The notes under the pieces: generated by a model | Told to the model about the DNA's origin: nothing | Database searches by the model: none | Seen by the model: the letters and a program-made list of their open reading frames with translations, nothing else | In this document: positions 5,083-7,973 of the stretch, piece after piece | Layout of the letters: the number at the start of each line of letters is the position of its first letter | Numbering within the stretch: the first letter of the stretch is position 1 | Virus record (IMG/VR): IMGVR_UViG_2703719355_000008 | DNA: 7,973 bases | Source of the DNA: a virus | Taxonomy: Duplodnaviria; Heunggongvirae; Uroviricota; Caudoviricetes | Strand: one strand, 5' to 3' | Program-made: the position numbers and the translations under genes

Positions 5083-6138
5083 GTGCGGGTATTACTTCGA
5101 CCTGTTCTGGTACCGGAACTCGGGCTGGTGATCGTTAAGCCGGGCCGTGAATCCATGCCGGTATTCCACAATACCCGGGTACTGGTGGAGCCGGAACCGA
5201 AAAGCATGCGTAATCTGTCGTCCGGGGTCGTTCCTGCCGTTCGCCAGCCGCTGGCGGAGGATAAATCATTACTGCCATTTTTCAGCGACGAACGAGTGAT
5301 TCGTGCTGCTGGTGGCGCTGGCGCATTGTCTGACTGGTTACTGCGCCATGTTAAATCCTGCCAGTGGCCACACGGCGATTATCACCACAGTGAAACCGTC
5401 ATTCACCGTTATGGTACCGGCGCAATGGTGTTGTGCTGGCACTGCGACAACCAGCTGCGCGACCAGACCTCCGAATCACTCGGGCAACTTGCTCAACAAA
5501 ACCTGACATCCTGGATGATTGACGTCATCCGCCACGCAATAAACGGTACACAGGAGCGGGAGTTATCGCTGGCTGAATTATCCTGGTGGGCGGTCTGCAA
5601 TCAGGTAGCGGACGTATTGCCGGAGGCAGTATTACGTCGTTCTCTGGGATTGCGTGCGGAAAAAATCCGCTCGGTGTACCGCGAAAGCGACATCGTACCG
5701 GGAGAGCAGACCGCCACCAGCATACTGAAGCAGCGCACAAAAAATCTTGCGCTGCTGCCTCACGCCCACCAGCAAAACCCGCCACAGGAAAAGACGGTGG
5801 TCAGCATTGCCGTTGATCCGGAGTCACCGGCTCAGTATCTCCAGCGCCAGAAACCACAACGGGAAGAGATGCCTGTATACACGCGCTGGGTAAAAACGCA
5901 GAAATGCATGACGTGCGGTAATCAGGCAGATGATCCGCATCACATCATTGGTCATGGACTGGGAGGGATGGGAACAAAGGCTGATGATTTGTTTGTTATT
6001 CCGCTGTGCCGTAAATGTCATAACGAACTGCACGCCGGGGTAAAAGATTTTGAAGAAAAACACGGCAGCCAGCTGTTGTTGCTGATTCGTTTTTTAATGC
6101 ACGCGAGAAATTCGGGTGTCCTGAAGTGGAAAGCATGA
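5083..6138 (+). CDS. DUF968/YdfU-like phage protein with C-terminal HNH-like Cys/His motif (351 aa)
   Basis: GTG at 5083 with GGAGG SD 4 nt upstream. C-terminus CMTCGNQADDPHHIIGHG...PLCRKCHNELH resembles an HNH-type zinc-finger nuclease motif. Size and position next to Q match ydfU-type genes (from memory). Confidence 0.75.
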   Translation: MRVLLRPVLVPELGLVIVKPGRESMPVFHNTRVLVEPEPKSMRNLSSGVVPAVRQPLAEDKSLLPFFSDERVIRAAGGAGALSDWLLRHVKSCQWPHGDYHHSETVIHRYGTGAMVLCWHCDNQLRDQTSESLGQLAQQNLTSWMIDVIRHAINGTQERELSLAELSWWAVCNQVADVLPEAVLRRSLGLRAEKIRSVYRESDIVPGEQTATSILKQRTKNLALLPHAHQQNPPQEKTVVSIAVDPESPAQYLQRQKPQREEMPVYTRWVKTQKCMTCGNQADDPHHIIGHGLGGMGTKADDLFVIPLCRKCHNELHAGVKDFEEKHGSQLLLLIRFLMHARNSGVLKWKA

Positions 6139-6504
6139 ATGACTGAACGCATAGAATTTGTTTTGCCTTACCCGCCGACGGTGAACACCTACTGGCGACG
6201 TCGTGGCAGCACATATTTTGTGTCAAAAGCCGGTGAGCGTTATCGCCGGGATGTGGCACTTATTGTTCGCCAGCAGCGGCTGAAATTAAACCTGTCCGGA
6301 AGGCTGGCGATAAAGATTATTGCAGAGCCACCGGATAAGCGCCGCCGCGACCTGGACAATATCCTGAAGGCACCACTGGATGCGCTTACGCATGCCGGAC
6401 TACTTATAGACGACGAGCAGTTTGATGAAATCAATATTGTGCGCGGTCAGCTCGTTTCTGGTGGGCGGCTGGGCGTGAAGATTTACAAAATTGAAAGTGA
6501 GTGA
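6139..6504 (+). CDS. rusA: RusA-family Holliday junction resolvase (121 aa)
   Basis: Translation (PYPPTVNTYWRRRG ... PDKRRRDLDNILKAPLDALTHAGLLIDDEQ ... GGRLGVKIY) matches the RusA pattern including the DxD acidic motif. ATG sits directly after the upstream TGA. Confidence 0.9.
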   Translation: MTERIEFVLPYPPTVNTYWRRRGSTYFVSKAGERYRRDVALIVRQQRLKLNLSGRLAIKIIAEPPDKRRRDLDNILKAPLDALTHAGLLIDDEQFDEINIVRGQLVSGGRLGVKIYKIESE

Positions 6505-7067
6505 GCATAAATATGATATACCCGGAAATTACAGGCAAAAGCGGTGAGCATTTACGCCTGAAAACGCTGGAAAGTGTCTGGATCCAGGGGAAACTGCGTA
6601 TGTGGGGGCGTTGGTCGTATATTGGCGACGGTAAGACGGGAAATATGTTCAACCAATTACTGACCTCTAAAAAGCTGACAAAAACGGCAATTAACGAGGC
6701 GCTCCGGAGGATGAAAAAAGCGGGTCTGGACAAACCTGAACTTGAGGCTTTTTTGCGGGATATGATCAACGGCAATCAAAAAAGCTGGCTGGCACATTGT
6801 ACCGATTCAGAGGCGTTAATAATCGACAGGGTTATTGGTGAAGTACTGGCAGGTTATCCCGGGCTGCTCAATGTTCTGAGTCAGCGTTATGTGGGGCGGG
6901 GGATGACTAAGCGCAAAATGGCTGAACTGCTGAATGATGCACATCCGGAATGGAGTTTAAGAACCTGTGAAAGACGCATTGAGCATTGGCTAAAGGTGGC
7001 AGAATTTATTTTGTACAAACCAATGGTTATGGCTTTTGGTATAGAGAAAAAAATTATTGCTTTTTGA
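6501..7067 (+). CDS. Q-type late-gene antiterminator (phage 82/933W-like Q family)
   Basis: Position immediately after rusA and before a strong terminator. The segment RMWGRWSYIGDG...NQLLTSKKLTK resembles the ERWGAWAA...GLITSK block of this Q family (from memory). Start is either GTG 6501 (GTGA overlap with rusA stop) or ATG 6513. Confidence 0.7.
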   Translation: MSINMIYPEITGKSGEHLRLKTLESVWIQGKLRMWGRWSYIGDGKTGNMFNQLLTSKKLTKTAINEALRRMKKAGLDKPELEAFLRDMINGNQKSWLAHCTDSEALIIDRVIGEVLAGYPGLLNVLSQRYVGRGMTKRKMAELLNDAHPEWSLRTCERRIEHWLKVAEFILYKPMVMAFGIEKKIIAF

Positions 7068-7144
7068 CGTAAAAACTGCTTCAATTCCGGTAAGCTTCGC
7101 AAAGCTGTACCGCGAGGCGAATAGCAGACATGGACATTTGAAAG

Positions 7145-7168
7145 AGCCCGCTTTTTGCGGGTTTTTTT
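7145..7168 (+). terminator. Rho-independent terminator downstream of Q (candidate tR')
   Basis: Stem CCCGC-TTTTT-GCGGG followed by TTTTTTT; about 80 nt after the Q stop. A convincing pR' promoter was not found (TTGACG at 7064-7069 has no good -10). Confidence 0.7.
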
Positions 7169-7489
7169 ATGACTGAAAAACGGCACGGGGCGTTAAACGC
7201 GCTGGTGGTTGCGAATACCGGTCTTTCAACTTGCTGGCTTTTTCGACAAGAGTTATTGGTATGTCACGTTAACCGGAAAATGGAAAAAGGCATGCTAAAA
7301 CAGCAGGATATGACCGAAACCGCCAGAGTGGTGTTTAATGAATTAAGCGTCACCGAACCGGCGACCGCCGGGGAAATTGCGCAGAACACTTATCTTTCAC
7401 GCGAATGCTGCCAGTTAATACTGACCCAGCTTGTTATGGCGGGTCTGGCAGATTATCAGTTCGGTTGTTACAGACGCCTTCCTCAGTGA
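7169..7489 (+). CDS. Hypothetical small protein (up to 106 aa; start uncertain, alternative ATGs at 7280/7292/7310)
   Basis: ORF begins directly after the terminator T-run with no convincing SD at any candidate start; weak coding call. Confidence 0.3.
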   Translation: MTEKRHGALNALVVANTGLSTCWLFRQELLVCHVNRKMEKGMLKQQDMTETARVVFNELSVTEPATAGEIAQNTYLSRECCQLILTQLVMAGLADYQFGCYRRLPQ

Positions 7490-7500
7490 AGGCTTTTTTA
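7476..7500 (+). terminator. Putative weak rho-independent terminator
   Basis: Stem GCCTT-CCTCAGTG-AAGGC overlapping the stop codon, followed by TTTTTTATTT. Confidence 0.4.
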
Positions 7501-7614
7501 TTTGTGGTAATGGGCGGCTGGTGGGTGTTAGCGGCACCTGCCAGCCATCTGCTCATGCGTTGGGGTCACAAGCAAACCTCAGGCCCATCTGCTTTGCGCA
7601 AAAGCGGTATGAGC

Positions 7615-7862
7615 CTATCAGAGAAGTGCTTATTGATCTATGGCTAATACTGTAAAAATATCCAGTTGTGAGTTAATCAACGCTGATTGCCTGGAATTTA
7701 TCCAGACCTTACCGGAAAACTCTGTCGATCTGATAGAAAACTATCAGAGAAGTGCTTATTGATCTATGATTAATACTGTAAAAATATCCAGTTGTGAGTT
7801 AATCAACGCTGATTGCCTGGAATTTATCCAGACCTTACCGGAAAACTCTGTCGATCTGATAG
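7615..7862 (+). repeat. Tandem duplication (~126-bp period; copies 7615-7736 and 7741-7862) of the methyltransferase upstream region plus first 32 codons
   Basis: The two copies differ at only 2 positions (ATGGCT vs ATGATT at the start codon context). Each copy begins CTATCAG and ends CTGATAG, so the junction forms the palindrome CTGATAG-aaaa-CTATCAG. Confidence 0.9.
7640..7762 (+). pseudogene. Truncated duplicate of the methyltransferase 5' end (40-codon ORF, MANTVKISSCELINADCLEFIQTLPENSVDLIENYQRSAY)
   Basis: First repeat copy has its own ATG; it diverges from the intact gene at codon 33 and terminates at TGA 7760-7762, inside copy 2 upstream of the real start. Confidence 0.35.
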
Positions 7863-7973
7863 TCACAGACCCGCCATACTTTAAAGTGAAGCCCGAGGGC
7901 TGGGATAACCAGTGGAAGGGCGACGATGATTACCTGAAGTGGCTGGACCAGTGTCTGGCGCAGTTCTGGCGGG
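7766..7973 (+). CDS. N6-adenine DNA methyltransferase, 3'-partial
   Basis: ATG at 7766. Motif SVDLIVTDPPYF (DPPY catalytic motif of the N6A/N4C beta-class methyltransferases) at nt 7868-7879. ORF runs off the window end. Confidence 0.85.
   Translation, partial: MINTVKISSCELINADCLEFIQTLPENSVDLIVTDPPYFKVKPEGWDNQWKGDDDYLKWLDQCLAQFWR

Noticed and set aside
7064-7096. pR'-type late promoter from TTGACG at 7064-7069
   Set aside because: No acceptable -10 hexamer at 16-18 bp spacing (CCGGTA or TAAGCT only), so it is not reported as a feature; the late promoter may lie within the 3' end of Q or be unusual.
137-7186. All minus-strand ORFs on the track (137-397, 436-627, 1703-1927, 2086-2301, 2403-2624, 2470-2688, 4251-4514, 4581-4811, 4935-5207, 5525-5785, 5824-6063, 5996-6259, 6240-6434, 6431-6775, 6887-7186)
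   Set aside because: Each lies antisense within a well-supported + strand gene or terminator, lacks an SD/start context, and has no recognisable motif; typical shadow ORFs.
285-7655. Plus-strand alternative-frame ORFs (285-572, 997-1209, 1245-1430, 5303-5506, 5586-5816, 7405-7647, 7431-7655)
   Set aside because: Overlap better-supported genes in another frame or span terminator and repeat sequence; no SD and low-complexity or Arg/Pro-rich translations typical of off-frame reading.

Overview
All supported genes are on the + strand and are laid out like the early-right (replication to nin to Q) arm of a lambdoid enterobacterial prophage, running into the start of the late region. Order: 5'-partial replication-type gene with in-frame 12-bp tandem repeats; four uncharacterised nin-region ORFs; two very small hydrophobic peptide ORFs; a complete hok/mok/sok-type type I toxin-antitoxin locus; an AT-rich two-gene cassette (XRE-type HTH protein plus ImmA/IrrE-like HExxH metallopeptidase) and a Cys-rich mini-ORF, bracketed by two identical 23-bp terminator copies; a 92-aa ORF; a DUF968-like protein; RusA; a Q-type antiterminator with a tR'-like terminator; then a small ORF and the 5' end of an N6-adenine DNA methyltransferase whose first ~126 bp is tandemly duplicated. 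The best candidate for an undescribed system is the HTH + metallopeptidase cassette, which looks like an insertion beside hok. All family assignments come from reading motifs in the translations by eye; no database search was run.
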